Assembly (NCBI GenBank): GCA_903864515.1 | Contig: CAIPFZ010000018.1 | Span: 17,290-81,289, forward strand | Direction of reading: 5' to 3' | DNA from: an uncultured bacterium | GTDB taxonomy: Bacteria; Patescibacteriota; Minisyncoccia; Phycocordibacterales; CAIZLB01 | DNA length: 64,000 nucleotides | Part shown: positions 39,454 to 49,361 of the stretch, piece after piece | Layout: each line of letters begins with the position of its first letter | Position numbering within the stretch: position 1 is the stretch's first letter | The notes under the pieces: model-generated | Databases searched by the model: none | Told to the model about the DNA's origin: nothing | The model's input: the letters and a program-made list of their open reading frames with translations, nothing else | Position numbers and translations under genes: made by a program

Positions 39454-40005
39454 ATGTTACATCTATTAACTGAATCACAAAAGAATAAGGTGACAAAGGA
39501 ATACAAGATGAGACTTGTTATTGTTGTATCTTGGATGATCATCTTTATATCCCTTACTGGTATGGCATTAACTCTGCCGATTTATTTAATATCAGTAAGT
39601 AAGATTAATCATATTAAAAACGATAATCAAAGTAAGGAAAACTCAACTAAGGCTCTTCGTGATCAGAATTTTCAAGATAAGATTAAGCAGGTTAATTCTA
39701 GCTTGGGTGCACTTAAGATGTTTGTAGGTGTACCGTCTCCCAGGAATACTTATCTAAAGATAGTCGACAGCTTGCCTGAAGGTGTATATATAGACAGGTA
39801 TACTTACGGATTAATAGACGATAGTTCCGCATCAATTAGTATAAGTGGCGTGGCACCAGATAGAGAGAGACTGCTTGAGCTTCAAAATAAATTAAAATCA
39901 AATAGTGAATTTAGTGGTATTAATATTCCAATTACCGGTTTTACCAAGAAAAAAGATTTAAGTTTCTCGTTAAATTTCAATTTAATTAGAGTTATTAAAA
40001 AATAA
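39454..40005 (+). CDS. PilN-like protein
   Basis: MLHLL N-terminus, single TM, ISGVA..R motif; follows pilM. Confidence 0.7.
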   Translation: MLHLLTESQKNKVTKEYKMRLVIVVSWMIIFISLTGMALTLPIYLISVSKINHIKNDNQSKENSTKALRDQNFQDKIKQVNSSLGALKMFVGVPSPRNTYLKIVDSLPEGVYIDRYTYGLIDDSSASISISGVAPDRERLLELQNKLKSNSEFSGINIPITGFTKKKDLSFSLNFNLIRVIKK

Positions 40006-40007
40006 TC

Positions 40008-40553
40008 ATGTCCAAAAGAACTATTAGCACATTAATTATATCCGTAACCCTAGCAACCATCTCTATTGCAGGATATTTTTACACTGTAACTTATGTTGGA
40101 GGTATGGGTAGTAGTTTAAGTGATATGTATGCTAAATCAGTAGAATTAAAGAAGGAAGAAGAAAGTCTAAGTTCAATTCAGCGTGTAGCTCAGAATGCTG
40201 ACCAAAGAAACGCCGAGCTGTCTAAGTATATTGTTCCTTCTGGAAATGAGGGTTCTATACAGTTTGTTCAAACAATAGAGAATTTAGCTGAAAGTTTTGG
40301 ATTGACTTATAATACGAACTCAATTGAAATTGTATCCGATGAAAAATTAGCAAAGCTTGATAAGGAATATTTAAGTATTAAAGAGACATTAAATGGATCA
40401 AGTAAATCAATTGCTGGGTTTGTAGAAAAGATTGAGACATTACCCTTAAACACCAAGATTAGAAGTTATTCAGTGACAAAGACTGCGGGATCTAAGGGGA
40501 CTTCAACGGTCGAACAATTAGATATAGAAATATTGGTTATTAAAGAAAAATAA
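40008..40553 (+). CDS. PilO-like protein
   Basis: Single TM, coiled coil, G......FVEKIETLP motif; synteny. Confidence 0.65.
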   Translation: MSKRTISTLIISVTLATISIAGYFYTVTYVGGMGSSLSDMYAKSVELKKEEESLSSIQRVAQNADQRNAELSKYIVPSGNEGSIQFVQTIENLAESFGLTYNTNSIEIVSDEKLAKLDKEYLSIKETLNGSSKSIAGFVEKIETLPLNTKIRSYSVTKTAGSKGTSTVEQLDIEILVIKEK

Positions 40554-40554
40554 T

Positions 40555-40956
40555 ATGAAAATAGAAATGGGAAAACTCGGCAGTAGTTTAAAAAGAATGT
40601 ATATATTTGGTAGTCATCCCATCTTAGACTGGCAAAGGATTATTGTAGTGAGCGTTTTGCTTATAACTGCAATATTTGTCTGGAGCTATTTCTTTTATTT
40701 TTCCGTAAAATCTGATTTTGGAAATAGTCTAGTTAATGTATCTGAATATGTTCCTGTAAAAGATAAAGAAGCAGAAATCAAGGAGGTTGTTTATAAATAC
40801 AAAGTAAAGGAGTTCTTGTGGACAGGTGGAACAAGTACAGCTGTGGTGAGTGATGATCTGAATGTTGGTACTAGTAGTAATGTGAACAAGGGTGGCACCA
40901 CTACTACTGCTGGAGTTGTTTCTACTAGTACCGGTTCAAGTGCTAATGTGAGATAA
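40555..40956 (+). CDS. Single-TM protein closing the pilMNO operon
   Basis: 133 aa; TM followed by a Thr/Ser/Gly-rich tail. Confidence 0.65.
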   Translation: MKIEMGKLGSSLKRMYIFGSHPILDWQRIIVVSVLLITAIFVWSYFFYFSVKSDFGNSLVNVSEYVPVKDKEAEIKEVVYKYKVKEFLWTGGTSTAVVSDDLNVGTSSNVNKGGTTTTAGVVSTSTGSSANVR

Positions 40957-41012
40957 ACCGGGGTGATCAAGAGGGCTGGTAAAATTTTAAAAATATGCTA
41001 TTGTACTTGCAT

Positions 41013-41084
41013 GCTCTTGTAGTTCAATGGATAGAACTGCGGACTTCTAAGCCGTTAATGTAGGTTCGATTCCTACCGAGAGCA
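41013..41084 (+). tRNA. tRNA-Arg(TCT), CCA not encoded
   Basis: Loop CT-TCT-AA and GTTCGATTC T-arm; followed by CAA. Confidence 0.9.
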
Positions 41085-41092
41085 CAACAGAT

Positions 41093-41190
41093 AAAGCGCC
41101 CAGAAGGGCGTTTTTGTTTTAAGGCGACGTTGCAAATATGGTTTATGGATAACAATAAAAGCATGGAGTTTATCTCCATGCTTTTATTTT
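41093..41190. terminator. Two terminator hairpins between convergent tRNAs
   Basis: aaagcgccc-agaa-gggcgttttt and aataaaagcatggag-tttat-ctccatgcttttatt. Confidence 0.75.
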
Positions 41191-41266
41191 TGGTGGGCGA
41201 TAAGGGACTCGAACCCCTGACCTTCTCAGTGTAAATGAGTTGCTCTACCAACTGAGCTAATCGCCC
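41191..41266 (-). tRNA. tRNA-Val(TAC)
   Basis: Loop TT-TAC-AC, encoded CCA. Confidence 0.95.
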
Positions 41267-41330
41267 TCACTTGGTTCTCATAATATATACTATTATTGAA
41301 ATAATATCAATATCAAGTATGATAACGGTA

Positions 41331-42152
41331 ATGTTGTCTATAATATATCAAGATAAGGACGTTTTAATCATAAATAAGCCTGCAGGCATTATGGTTCACG
41401 GTGATGGTAAATCACAAGAAAAAACCTTGTGTGACTTTGTGGAGGAGGAATTTCCTGAGACTAAAGATGTTGGTGAGCCTATGATGATTGGTAGGGGGCC
41501 TAATAAAGAACCTACAATTCTAAGAAGACCGGGTATTGTTCATAGATTGGATAAAGAAACTTCTGGTGTTATGGTGGTGGCTAAAAATCAGCCAGCCTTT
41601 GAAATACTCAAAAAACAATTTCAAGATCATGTAATTAAGAAAACATACAATACTTTTGTGTGGGGTGCTGTTAAGGAAGATGAGGGGGTTATTGATAGAC
41701 ACATAGGAAGAAGTAAGGGGGACTTTAGAAAATGGAGCGCACAACGTTTTTCACGTGGTGAGTTGAGACCTGCTGTGACTGAATATAAAGTATTAAAGAG
41801 ATTTGACGGTGATCCTGTAATGAAACGTGGGGCGATAATGGTTGGTAAAGGTAATTCAAAAATACCACTAGTGTTTACTCTTGTTGAGGTTCATCCACTA
41901 ACTGGAAGGACACATCAGATCAGGGTTCATTTTAAAGCAATTAATCATCCTGTTGTTGGGGATAGTTTGTATGCTGAGAATCATCCGTATGCTCTAGGTT
42001 TTGCTCGCCTAGCGCTTCACGCAAGAAAATTAAAATTAATTTTACCAGTAGATGCTCTTGTGGATAATGAAGGAGATATAAGTGGAAAGATGAGTGAATT
42101 TGAGGCAGAGCTTCCGGTGGATTTCAAAAAAGCCACAGATGCTTTATTATAA
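41331..42152 (+). CDS. RluA/RluD family pseudouridine synthase
   Basis: INKPAG, HRLDKETSG, TGRTHQIRVH, LHA motifs. Confidence 0.95.
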   Translation: MLSIIYQDKDVLIINKPAGIMVHGDGKSQEKTLCDFVEEEFPETKDVGEPMMIGRGPNKEPTILRRPGIVHRLDKETSGVMVVAKNQPAFEILKKQFQDHVIKKTYNTFVWGAVKEDEGVIDRHIGRSKGDFRKWSAQRFSRGELRPAVTEYKVLKRFDGDPVMKRGAIMVGKGNSKIPLVFTLVEVHPLTGRTHQIRVHFKAINHPVVGDSLYAENHPYALGFARLALHARKLKLILPVDALVDNEGDISGKMSEFEAELPVDFKKATDALL

Positions 42153-43300
42153 TGATAATGAAGAATAGAACTAAAGGACTCCGAACTTGGATTGAAATAG
42201 ATAAGAAATCAGTTCTGAATAACTTAAAATCATTTCGAGGTCTAGTTGGAGATGGTGTGAAAATAATGTCTGTTGTTAAATCTAATGCTTATGGACATGG
42301 TCTTTGGGATTTTTCAAATACAATTATGAAGGATAAGAACCTTGATTGGTTTGGTGTTGATTCTGTCGTTGAAGGCCTTACCCTGAGAAAAGAGGGAGTT
42401 AAGAAACCAATTCTTGTTCTCGGATATGTCCTTCCAGAGATGTTGAAAATTGCACAAGAGAACGATTTGAGTATTGCTGTATCCTCAATGGAAACTATCA
42501 AGGAAATTTTAAGGACTAAATTTAGAGGTAAGTTAAAAATTCATTTGAAATTGGATACTGGTATGCATAGGCATGGTTTTAATCGATTCCAAAAAACTGA
42601 AGTTTTGTCGGCTTTAAGGGGTGTCCTCTCTAAGGTAGAGATTGAAGGTATTTTTACTCATTTTGCATCTGCAAAAGATCCAAGTGATAGGAATTATACT
42701 AATGGGCAGATTAGGGAGTTCACAGAGTGGGTAAATTTTTTATCAAAAGAATTAAATATACATCCAATAAGACATGCGTCAGCAACAGGAGGAAGTCTAA
42801 TTTATGAAAATGCTCGTTTCGATATGATTAGAGTTGGAATTGGAATGTATGGACTGTGGCCATCCGAAGAATCAAAGAAGTATAAAAGTAGAACGATAAA
42901 GATAAGCCCCGTTTTATCTTGGAAAACAATTGTCGCAGAAATTAAAATGATTAAAAAGGGGGAGGGGGTTGGTTATGATCTATCTGAAAGGGTAAATAAG
43001 GATACAAAAATAGCTATTCTTCCAATTGGCTATTGGCACGGATTCCCCAGGGGCCTTTCCCGTGTTGGCTGTGTCTATATAGGGGGAGTTGCCTGTAAGG
43101 TCTTGGGTAATGTGTGTATGGATATAATAATGGTAGATGTTTCAATGGTGCCGGGAATAAGGGTTGGTGACGAGGTTGAAATAATTGGAAGGAGTGATAA
43201 AAGCAAAAATAGTTTGTTAAATATGGCTAAATTGGCAAATATGTCCATTTACGAGCTTGTTACTAGAATCAACCCCCTAATTAAACGGATAGTTATTTAG
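42152..43300 (+). CDS. alr: Alanine racemase
   Basis: VVKSNAYGHG, KLDTGMHRHG, GNVCMD. Confidence 0.96.
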   Translation: MIMKNRTKGLRTWIEIDKKSVLNNLKSFRGLVGDGVKIMSVVKSNAYGHGLWDFSNTIMKDKNLDWFGVDSVVEGLTLRKEGVKKPILVLGYVLPEMLKIAQENDLSIAVSSMETIKEILRTKFRGKLKIHLKLDTGMHRHGFNRFQKTEVLSALRGVLSKVEIEGIFTHFASAKDPSDRNYTNGQIREFTEWVNFLSKELNIHPIRHASATGGSLIYENARFDMIRVGIGMYGLWPSEESKKYKSRTIKISPVLSWKTIVAEIKMIKKGEGVGYDLSERVNKDTKIAILPIGYWHGFPRGLSRVGCVYIGGVACKVLGNVCMDIIMVDVSMVPGIRVGDEVEIIGRSDKSKNSLLNMAKLANMSIYELVTRINPLIKRIVI

Positions 43301-43366
43301 TTTAACCAACAGGAAGACAGGTCCCTGGATTTGCAAAAACAGAGTATCTCTGCTATATTGCTCCCT

Positions 43367-43873
43367 ATGACAGCAGCTATAAAAACAGTTAAAAAGGATA
43401 TTAAAGTGGCTAAAACAGATGCTACTAGAAAGGATTTTGATATGCGCGTAGGTGATACGGTTAAGGTGTATCAAAAAATTCAAGAAAAAGGTAAGACTCG
43501 TCTTCAGGTTTTTGAAGGGCTTGTTCTTGCTAGAAAGCACGGAAGTGAAGCTGGCGGTACTTTTACCGTTAGAAAGGTTTCTGGAGGCTATGGGGTAGAA
43601 AGAATCTTCCCATTGTATTCACCTAATATTGATAAGATAGAAGTTACAAAGCGTGCTAAGGTTCGTCGTGCTAAACTTTACTATATTAGAGACAAGGCGG
43701 CTAAAGAAATTAGTAAGAGAATGAAGATGGAAATGACAAAGCGTGATTCATCTCATTTAACTAAAGCAGAGGCTGCAAGATTAGAAGCGGAGGAGGCAGC
43801 TGCAGCAGCACTAGCTGAGCCGGAGGTAGAGGTGGTAGAGGCAACAACAGAAGACACAACAGCTACAGCATAA
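43367..43873 (+). CDS. rplS: 50S ribosomal protein L19 with acidic C-terminal extension
   Basis: [30 protein letters not shown]. Confidence 0.96.
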   Translation: MTAAIKTVKKDIKVAKTDATRKDFDMRVGDTVKVYQKIQEKGKTRLQVFEGLVLARKHGSEAGGTFTVRKVSGGYGVERIFPLYSPNIDKIEVTKRAKVRRAKLYYIRDKAAKEISKRMKMEMTKRDSSHLTKAEAARLEAEEAAAAALAEPEVEVVEATTEDTTATA

Positions 43874-43905
43874 TTTAAATAAGACAGGCGCCACAGTGGT
43901 GTATA

Positions 43906-43935
43906 AAAACAAGACCAGTAAGATGGTCTTGTTTT
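43906..43935 (+). terminator. Terminator after rplS
   Basis: aaaacaagacca-gtaaga-tggtcttgtttt. Confidence 0.75.
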
Positions 43936-43965
43936 GTTGTTTGCTTTTATGCATAATATACCAAT

Positions 43966-44052
43966 GCGCGAGTGTTGAAACTGGTAGACAAGCATCCTTG
44001 AGGTGGATGTGCCCGTAAGGGCGTGGAGGTTCAAGTCCTCTCTCGCGCACCA
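43966..44052 (+). tRNA. tRNA-Leu(GAG)
   Basis: Loop TT-GAG-GT, variable arm, encoded CCA. Confidence 0.95.
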
Positions 44053-44339
44053 AAATTAAATTGACCAAAGAGCTCTGAATGACTACCGATGGATATTACT
44101 GTTAGTATCATACTGTTATTATCCCTTTCATAGATTAATAGTAAATCTGGGCGAATATGGCACTCATAAAAACCTGAGTATTCACCATTTAGTTTGTGGT
44201 TTTTAAATCTCGGAGCTAAGACTTTTCCAGAAGTTAAAATGTTAATAACATAATTGATTTCAAATTCTGTATATCTTCCTGACAATAAGACTTTCTCTAA
44301 TTGTTTTTTAAAATTGTTGGTATAATATATCCTATACAT
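44031..44339 (-). CDS. yafQ: YafQ-family (RelE superfamily) mRNA interferase toxin
   Basis: HKLNGEY...ECHIRPDLLLIY...GSHSELF. Confidence 0.9.
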   Translation of the reverse strand: MYRIYYTNNFKKQLEKVLLSGRYTEFEINYVINILTSGKVLAPRFKNHKLNGEYSGFYECHIRPDLLLIYERDNNSMILTVISIGSHSELFGQFNFGARERT

Positions 44340-44393
44340 AGTGCACAGAATATCATTTACACACCAAAGAAAACCCGAAGAAAATATAAATTT

Positions 44394-44672
44394 TTACCTA
44401 TTTAGGATATCATCCAACATTTCCTCGCTTGTTGCAAATCCCTTGCCACTCTTCTTTGCTTCTGCAACTTCCTTTTTCAACAACTCGTAATTTAAGAGTT
44501 TCTTACCTTTGATGGTTGAAGGAAAGAAGGGGATGGACTCACTTGTAACAACCTCCTTGAGAAAGAGTTTGATTCCAGAGGAAAGATCTAGTCCAATGTC
44601 CTTAAGTACATTTGATGCTTTTTCTTTCAAATCTTCCTCTATCCTGATTTGTATAGTTGTTTGAATGCTCAT
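44394..44672 (-). CDS. dinJ: DinJ/RelB-family antitoxin
   Basis: IQIRIEEDLKEKA..VL..IGLDLSSGIKLFL......IPF; ATG 44672 lies six nt after the -10. Confidence 0.88.
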   Translation of the reverse strand: MSIQTTIQIRIEEDLKEKASNVLKDIGLDLSSGIKLFLKEVVTSESIPFFPSTIKGKKLLNYELLKKEVAEAKKSGKGFATSEEMLDDILNR

Positions 44673-44678
44673 ATGGGA

Positions 44679-44708
44679 AGTATAATGCATTTGTCATTAC
44701 ATTGTCAA
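44679..44708 (-). promoter_or_regulatory. dinJ-yafQ promoter with putative operator
   Basis: TTGACA-18-TATACT; the spacer contains the imperfect palindrome TGTAATGACA. Confidence 0.65.
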
Positions 44709-44784
44709 CTCACCGGTCTGCCCCCTTTTTTTTATTAAGTAAGTGTTTATGGCCTTTAGTTTTTAATTTTGTTAATATTGTGGT

Positions 44785-45750
44785 ATGGAAAATAATGTAA
44801 ATGATAATATCGCAAAAGTAACGGATCCAATAATAAAACGAAACAATCTACGGTTTTCAAAATATGATCAGGAGGTGGTCACTCCAATATGGGTCCAAGC
44901 AATTTTTAAATTATACGGATATTTTCAAATCTTTTCAGCCGTCTCCTCAATTATTGTACCTATGGTGGGAGGTGTCCTGCTTGGTGTTTTGGCAGCCGCT
45001 TTAGGTGGGGGAAGAGATAGCTTTTTTGAAGCTTTTAAATTATATGGTTATTTGGTAGTTGGGGTTATACCAGCTGCGGTTTTGGCCTATGGCTTTCTAA
45101 GAAATAGAAAATGGATTATAACCTGCCTAGGTCTCCAGCTCGCGTCGTCATTGTTTTTCTATGTAACTGGTATTATTGGCGGTAAGTCGTATCAAAATGA
45201 ATTATTATCAACATCTTTTTTTTCATCGATGATGATTTTATTCATGGCTATACCAGTTATCGTTATCGTTATTGCAATAATTTATCGAAATACCCTAAGT
45301 GGAAAGTTCTTTGCAATAACTCCTGTTTTGTTAATGGTACTGTCTATGGCCGGTGCGCAGTATTATACTAATGATACTGTTAAGAATAATTCAAACCAAA
45401 ATATGCAGACTGAAGTAAATACTGATCGTTTTGATACAAAGACATCTTCAGGATTAAATTCTACTTCTACTACTTCTACTACTACTGCCGTCATGGGTAA
45501 AAATGTCGATAAAAAATCAGGTGTAATAAAGGGTATTAAGATTAATCCCAAAGTGGATAATAGTATTTTAGATAGCGAGGATATAAGTATGCTTAAATAT
45601 ACAATTGAAAATGAACCAATTGGTAAAACCAGGGAGGCTTGCGTAGATTATGCCACCCAATATTTTCAAAAAGGATCTTCTCCCGAAGCAAAAGCAGAGG
45701 GTGTTGCTCTTGTAAACGCCTGTGTTTATTATATGGAGGGAGGTAAATAA
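44785..45750 (+). CDS. Hypothetical membrane protein (about 6 TMs, Thr-rich linker, small C-terminal Cys-pair domain)
   Basis: 321 aa hydropathy pattern. Confidence 0.7.
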   Translation: MENNVNDNIAKVTDPIIKRNNLRFSKYDQEVVTPIWVQAIFKLYGYFQIFSAVSSIIVPMVGGVLLGVLAAALGGGRDSFFEAFKLYGYLVVGVIPAAVLAYGFLRNRKWIITCLGLQLASSLFFYVTGIIGGKSYQNELLSTSFFSSMMILFMAIPVIVIVIAIIYRNTLSGKFFAITPVLLMVLSMAGAQYYTNDTVKNNSNQNMQTEVNTDRFDTKTSSGLNSTSTTSTTTAVMGKNVDKKSGVIKGIKINPKVDNSILDSEDISMLKYTIENEPIGKTREACVDYATQYFQKGSSPEAKAEGVALVNACVYYMEGGK

Positions 45751-45771
45751 AGATTGTTGTCTATTATTCTT

Positions 45772-47094
45772 CTATTTAATTTTCCCCTTGAATTCCTCTG
45801 AAATAGTAATCTCAGTAAATACATCTTCTTTTTTGAAATATGAAGATAGGTGCTTAACGGCCTTGTCATAGTCAGCCCTTATAACCCCCTCTAGATATTC
45901 ACTTAATTTTTTTACACTCCTTCCGGATGCAATTTCTCGCTCTGCTGATTCTGCAATATCGCCACTTAAGAATTCACTGGCTAGTGTTCTTTCTATGATA
46001 ATTTTTCTTTCTCTCTCACAATCTTCTCTATATTCTCCTTTGACGAATCTGTCTATGGTGTCCCAAATTATGTTTTCAGCGTCTATTATATTCTCAGGTG
46101 CAACCTTAACCCAAATATTTTGAGAAATATATTTTGGATTCTTAAAGAAATTAACTCCAACTCCGTAGCACCAACTATTATCGTGTCTAAGTCTTCTAAA
46201 CAATACTTCCCGAAGTATCGTAGTAATCAAACCCAAAGTCTCTTCATCTGATTTTTTAAGCTCAAGAACCCTGTCTATCTCCAAAACCGCCTGTTTATTA
46301 TCAGTTCTTCCAATTTCTGCGTAGGTTTTTACCCATCTTTTTTCCTGAGGAAGATTTATTTTAGAAGGTATTTTAAAAGATGGACGTGCTTTTCCACTTG
46401 GTAACAGATCAATTTTATCCTTTATTTCCCTGACGATGGATTCATTAACTACTCCAGTTAGAATTATAATAGAATTCTCTCTAGTATAATTTTTGTGTGC
46501 TGATAAAATATCTGTCTTTGATATTTTTGCAACAGTATCAATCCAACCTAAAGGGGATGACATTCTACTTTTCTCAGGTATATCATTATAAAGATTTTTA
46601 CTCCATTTCTTTAGATATGCTATGTATTTATCGTTCAACAAATAATCCCAACCTTCTTGAGTTATTACCTTTCTTTCATGTTCAATATCCTCGTCTTTAA
46701 CAAGAGGTTTAAATATTAAATGATACATGCCCTCTATCGCAGGATTTGATTTTTGAGGTAGGAACTTACAAATATAGCAGGTGTCTGTAAAACGAGTGTG
46801 GGCATTTAGTGAATCAAGAAGATATTCCTTTGAAAACAAATCGATTGTCTTCTTGTTGCCATATAAGTCATTACCATCAAAAACAATATGTTCCAGGAAA
46901 TGGGCGGTACCTTCAGATCCTACCTTGTCATCTTGCGCACCGTGTTTAATCATCCATTTCAAAAAAGTACAGTTTGCCCAAGGCAGAGGTCTAGTATAAA
47001 TATCAACACCCTTGTAGGTTTGCTTTTTATAATCATATGGGTCAAAAGCTAATTTGGGAATTTTCAATGTCTCTTTTTGTTCTTTTTTGCTCAT
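45772..47094 (-). CDS. M16 family (insulinase-like) metallopeptidase
   Basis: GTAHFLEH inverted zinc motif, NAHT, ERKVITQE. Confidence 0.9.
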   Translation of the reverse strand: MSKKEQKETLKIPKLAFDPYDYKKQTYKGVDIYTRPLPWANCTFLKWMIKHGAQDDKVGSEGTAHFLEHIVFDGNDLYGNKKTIDLFSKEYLLDSLNAHTRFTDTCYICKFLPQKSNPAIEGMYHLIFKPLVKDEDIEHERKVITQEGWDYLLNDKYIAYLKKWSKNLYNDIPEKSRMSSPLGWIDTVAKISKTDILSAHKNYTRENSIIILTGVVNESIVREIKDKIDLLPSGKARPSFKIPSKINLPQEKRWVKTYAEIGRTDNKQAVLEIDRVLELKKSDEETLGLITTILREVLFRRLRHDNSWCYGVGVNFFKNPKYISQNIWVKVAPENIIDAENIIWDTIDRFVKGEYREDCERERKIIIERTLASEFLSGDIAESAEREIASGRSVKKLSEYLEGVIRADYDKAVKHLSSYFKKEDVFTEITISEEFKGKIK

Positions 47095-47149
47095 GTTGGT
47101 ATGATATCATTATATCGATTTATTAAAAGCTTTAAATTAAACACAAAAC

Positions 47150-47788
47150 ATGGCACTTTATACAGGAAAAGGAGATGGGGGAACAACAAAGACTTTTGGA
47201 TGCGATCAAAGAATTTCAAAGAGTTCTGAGGTGGCGGAGGCGCTAGGGTCTCTTGATGAAATCAATTCATTTTTGGGTTTAATTAAAATTAAAGCAGGGG
47301 AGTTAAAGCGAGATGCCAATAACTCATCAAACAAAGAAGGTGGCAATATTTTAATATTAGGAAAGGGTTTTAATGAAATAATTGAGGGTGTTCAGCAAAA
47401 TCTCTTTATAATTCAAGCTGAGGTTGCTGGGTCTGATATGACAATTAGTGAGAGTAAACTAAGGGAGTGCGAAGAGTATGTTGATGAAGCTGAAAGACTA
47501 CTACCTCCAATAAAAACTTTCTTTGTCTCTGGTGGAACAGAGTTGGCGGTTCTTTGTGATATATCAAGAACTATAGTTAGAAGGGCAGAGAGAAGGGTTG
47601 TTGCGATTGTTGATACACAACGCGTTACATTATCTCAAGAAGCTAGCTCAGAAAATCACAGTAGCGCTTCATCAGTTGGGCCCTGGACTCTCGCTTATCT
47701 TAATCGCCTATCTTCACTATTCTACGTTATGGCTAGATTAGCAAACCATTTTATGGGTATTTCGGAAGGTGCGCCATCTTATAAATAG
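47150..47788 (+). CDS. PduO-type ATP:cob(I)alamin adenosyltransferase
   Basis: YTGKGDGGTT, GSLDEINS, RTIVRRAER, YLNRLSS. Confidence 0.92.
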   Translation: MALYTGKGDGGTTKTFGCDQRISKSSEVAEALGSLDEINSFLGLIKIKAGELKRDANNSSNKEGGNILILGKGFNEIIEGVQQNLFIIQAEVAGSDMTISESKLRECEEYVDEAERLLPPIKTFFVSGGTELAVLCDISRTIVRRAERRVVAIVDTQRVTLSQEASSENHSSASSVGPWTLAYLNRLSSLFYVMARLANHFMGISEGAPSYK

Positions 47789-47847
47789 TGTATTATCATA
47801 AAACAAAATATTAATTATCACACATTCACCTTATTTAACTTATAAAA

Positions 47848-49137
47848 ATGTCGCCACAATTAACATCAAAACAATATTCAAGATTAGCAACCCTGACAAT
47901 TGGCGTCATTGGCATACTATTCTTTGTGGCTGTGACCTCATTTGTAATATACGGAGTAGGAAATTTTATAATTGCTTGGCTTGGTAATAACAAGACAGCT
48001 TTCAGCTTGAGTGAAATGGATTCTATATCGGCGGGTGATGCTAATATATTAAGTGTAGTACAGAGTTTTGTTGGAAAATCACCTTCTACAGATATAGCAT
48101 CCACTTCAACTGCAATTTTAAACACTACACCCCTTAATGTAAGTACCTCCACATCATCCTCAAGTCTTCCTTATTCAGATATTCAATATGTGATATTTTC
48201 ATTGGACGGCTCAAGGTCTATTAATATGTGGAATGAGACTCGTCAATTTTCAAAAGATATGGAATTAAAGGGGAAGCCAATTCATTTCACATATTTTATT
48301 AATCCAATATATTTAATTACGAGAGAAATGGCTAAGGGTGCATATTTTCCACCAAGAGAATCTCCAGGAAAATCTTTAATTGGTTATGGAAATAATGGCT
48401 ACGATATTAAGCAGAGAGTAGAGCAAATTAACTCTGCTTTTTTGGAGGGTCATGAAATTGGTTCACATAATGTGGGTCACTTTAATGGTTCAAGGTGGAG
48501 TAAGGATGAGTGGCTTCAAGAATTTAATTCTTTTGATTCTGTGATAGCGAATGTGCAAAAAAATAACAAGGATATAGTAATTCCACCTTGGAGTTTTAAT
48601 TCGTCAGACATTGTTGGATTTAGAGCACCTGAACTTGGGGTTAATAGCAGTATGTATAAAGCTTTGGCAGAAAAGAAATATCTTTATGATTCAAGTGGTA
48701 TGGGAATGCCAAGTAAGTATCCGGTAAAAGATCAAAACGGTATTTGGCATATAGGATTAGGAATAATTAAGGTAAAAAATTTACATTCCAGTATAAGTAA
48801 CCCAAAATCTCAAAAAGCTGGAAAAAATTATTATGTCCTTTCTATGGATTATAATTTTTGGATGTATCAATCTAATGTCAGAAATGTAGCAAAGAAGGGT
48901 ACCCCACTTTGGAATAGTTTTTTTAGCGAGATGAAGGATGCGTATCTAAATTACTTCAATAGTAATTATGAAGGTAATCACGCACCAGTTGTAATTGGTC
49001 ACCATTTCTCAACATGGAATGACGGTGTTTATTGGGAGGTTATGAAATCTTTTGCTGAAGATGTTTGCGGAAAGCCTAAGGTTAAGTGTGTGACATTTAA
49101 GGAGTATGTAAATTATTTGAATTCTGTTGCTAAGTAA
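47848..49137 (+). CDS. Membrane-anchored polysaccharide deacetylase (NodB-like)
   Basis: FSLDG, GHEIGSHNVGH, GFRAPEL, YDSS, IGHHF. Confidence 0.85.
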   Translation: MSPQLTSKQYSRLATLTIGVIGILFFVAVTSFVIYGVGNFIIAWLGNNKTAFSLSEMDSISAGDANILSVVQSFVGKSPSTDIASTSTAILNTTPLNVSTSTSSSSLPYSDIQYVIFSLDGSRSINMWNETRQFSKDMELKGKPIHFTYFINPIYLITREMAKGAYFPPRESPGKSLIGYGNNGYDIKQRVEQINSAFLEGHEIGSHNVGHFNGSRWSKDEWLQEFNSFDSVIANVQKNNKDIVIPPWSFNSSDIVGFRAPELGVNSSMYKALAEKKYLYDSSGMGMPSKYPVKDQNGIWHIGLGIIKVKNLHSSISNPKSQKAGKNYYVLSMDYNFWMYQSNVRNVAKKGTPLWNSFFSEMKDAYLNYFNSNYEGNHAPVVIGHHFSTWNDGVYWEVMKSFAEDVCGKPKVKCVTFKEYVNYLNSVAK

Positions 49138-49284
49138 TTGGATGGTTTGACCAGCGGGGTGGGGTGGGTGTCAAAAGTGATGAGGTTAAAAGCTGAGGTT
49201 TAAAAACTCGTCAAAAGACAATATTTGTGATATATATAGTGGGCGTCCGTTGATATTTAATCATTCAACTGATGCCAAGCGTAT

Positions 49285-49359
49285 GGTGCCTATAGTTTAG
49301 TGGTAAAACTCCGGTTTGTGGAACCGGTATCGAGAGTCCGATTCTCTCTAGGCACCCCA
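49285..49359 (+). tRNA. tRNA-His(GTG) with G-1
   Basis: Loop TT-GTG-GA, G-1:C73, encoded CCA; atypical T-loop TCCGATT. Confidence 0.9.
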
Positions 49360-49361
49360 TA

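Noticed and set aside
41024-41251. 75-aa minus-strand ORF
   Set aside because: Overlaps tRNA-Arg and tRNA-Val; spurious translation of tRNA sequence.
43753-44068. Two minus-strand ORFs over the rplS end and tRNA-Leu
   Set aside because: Antisense to well-supported features, with no protein motifs.
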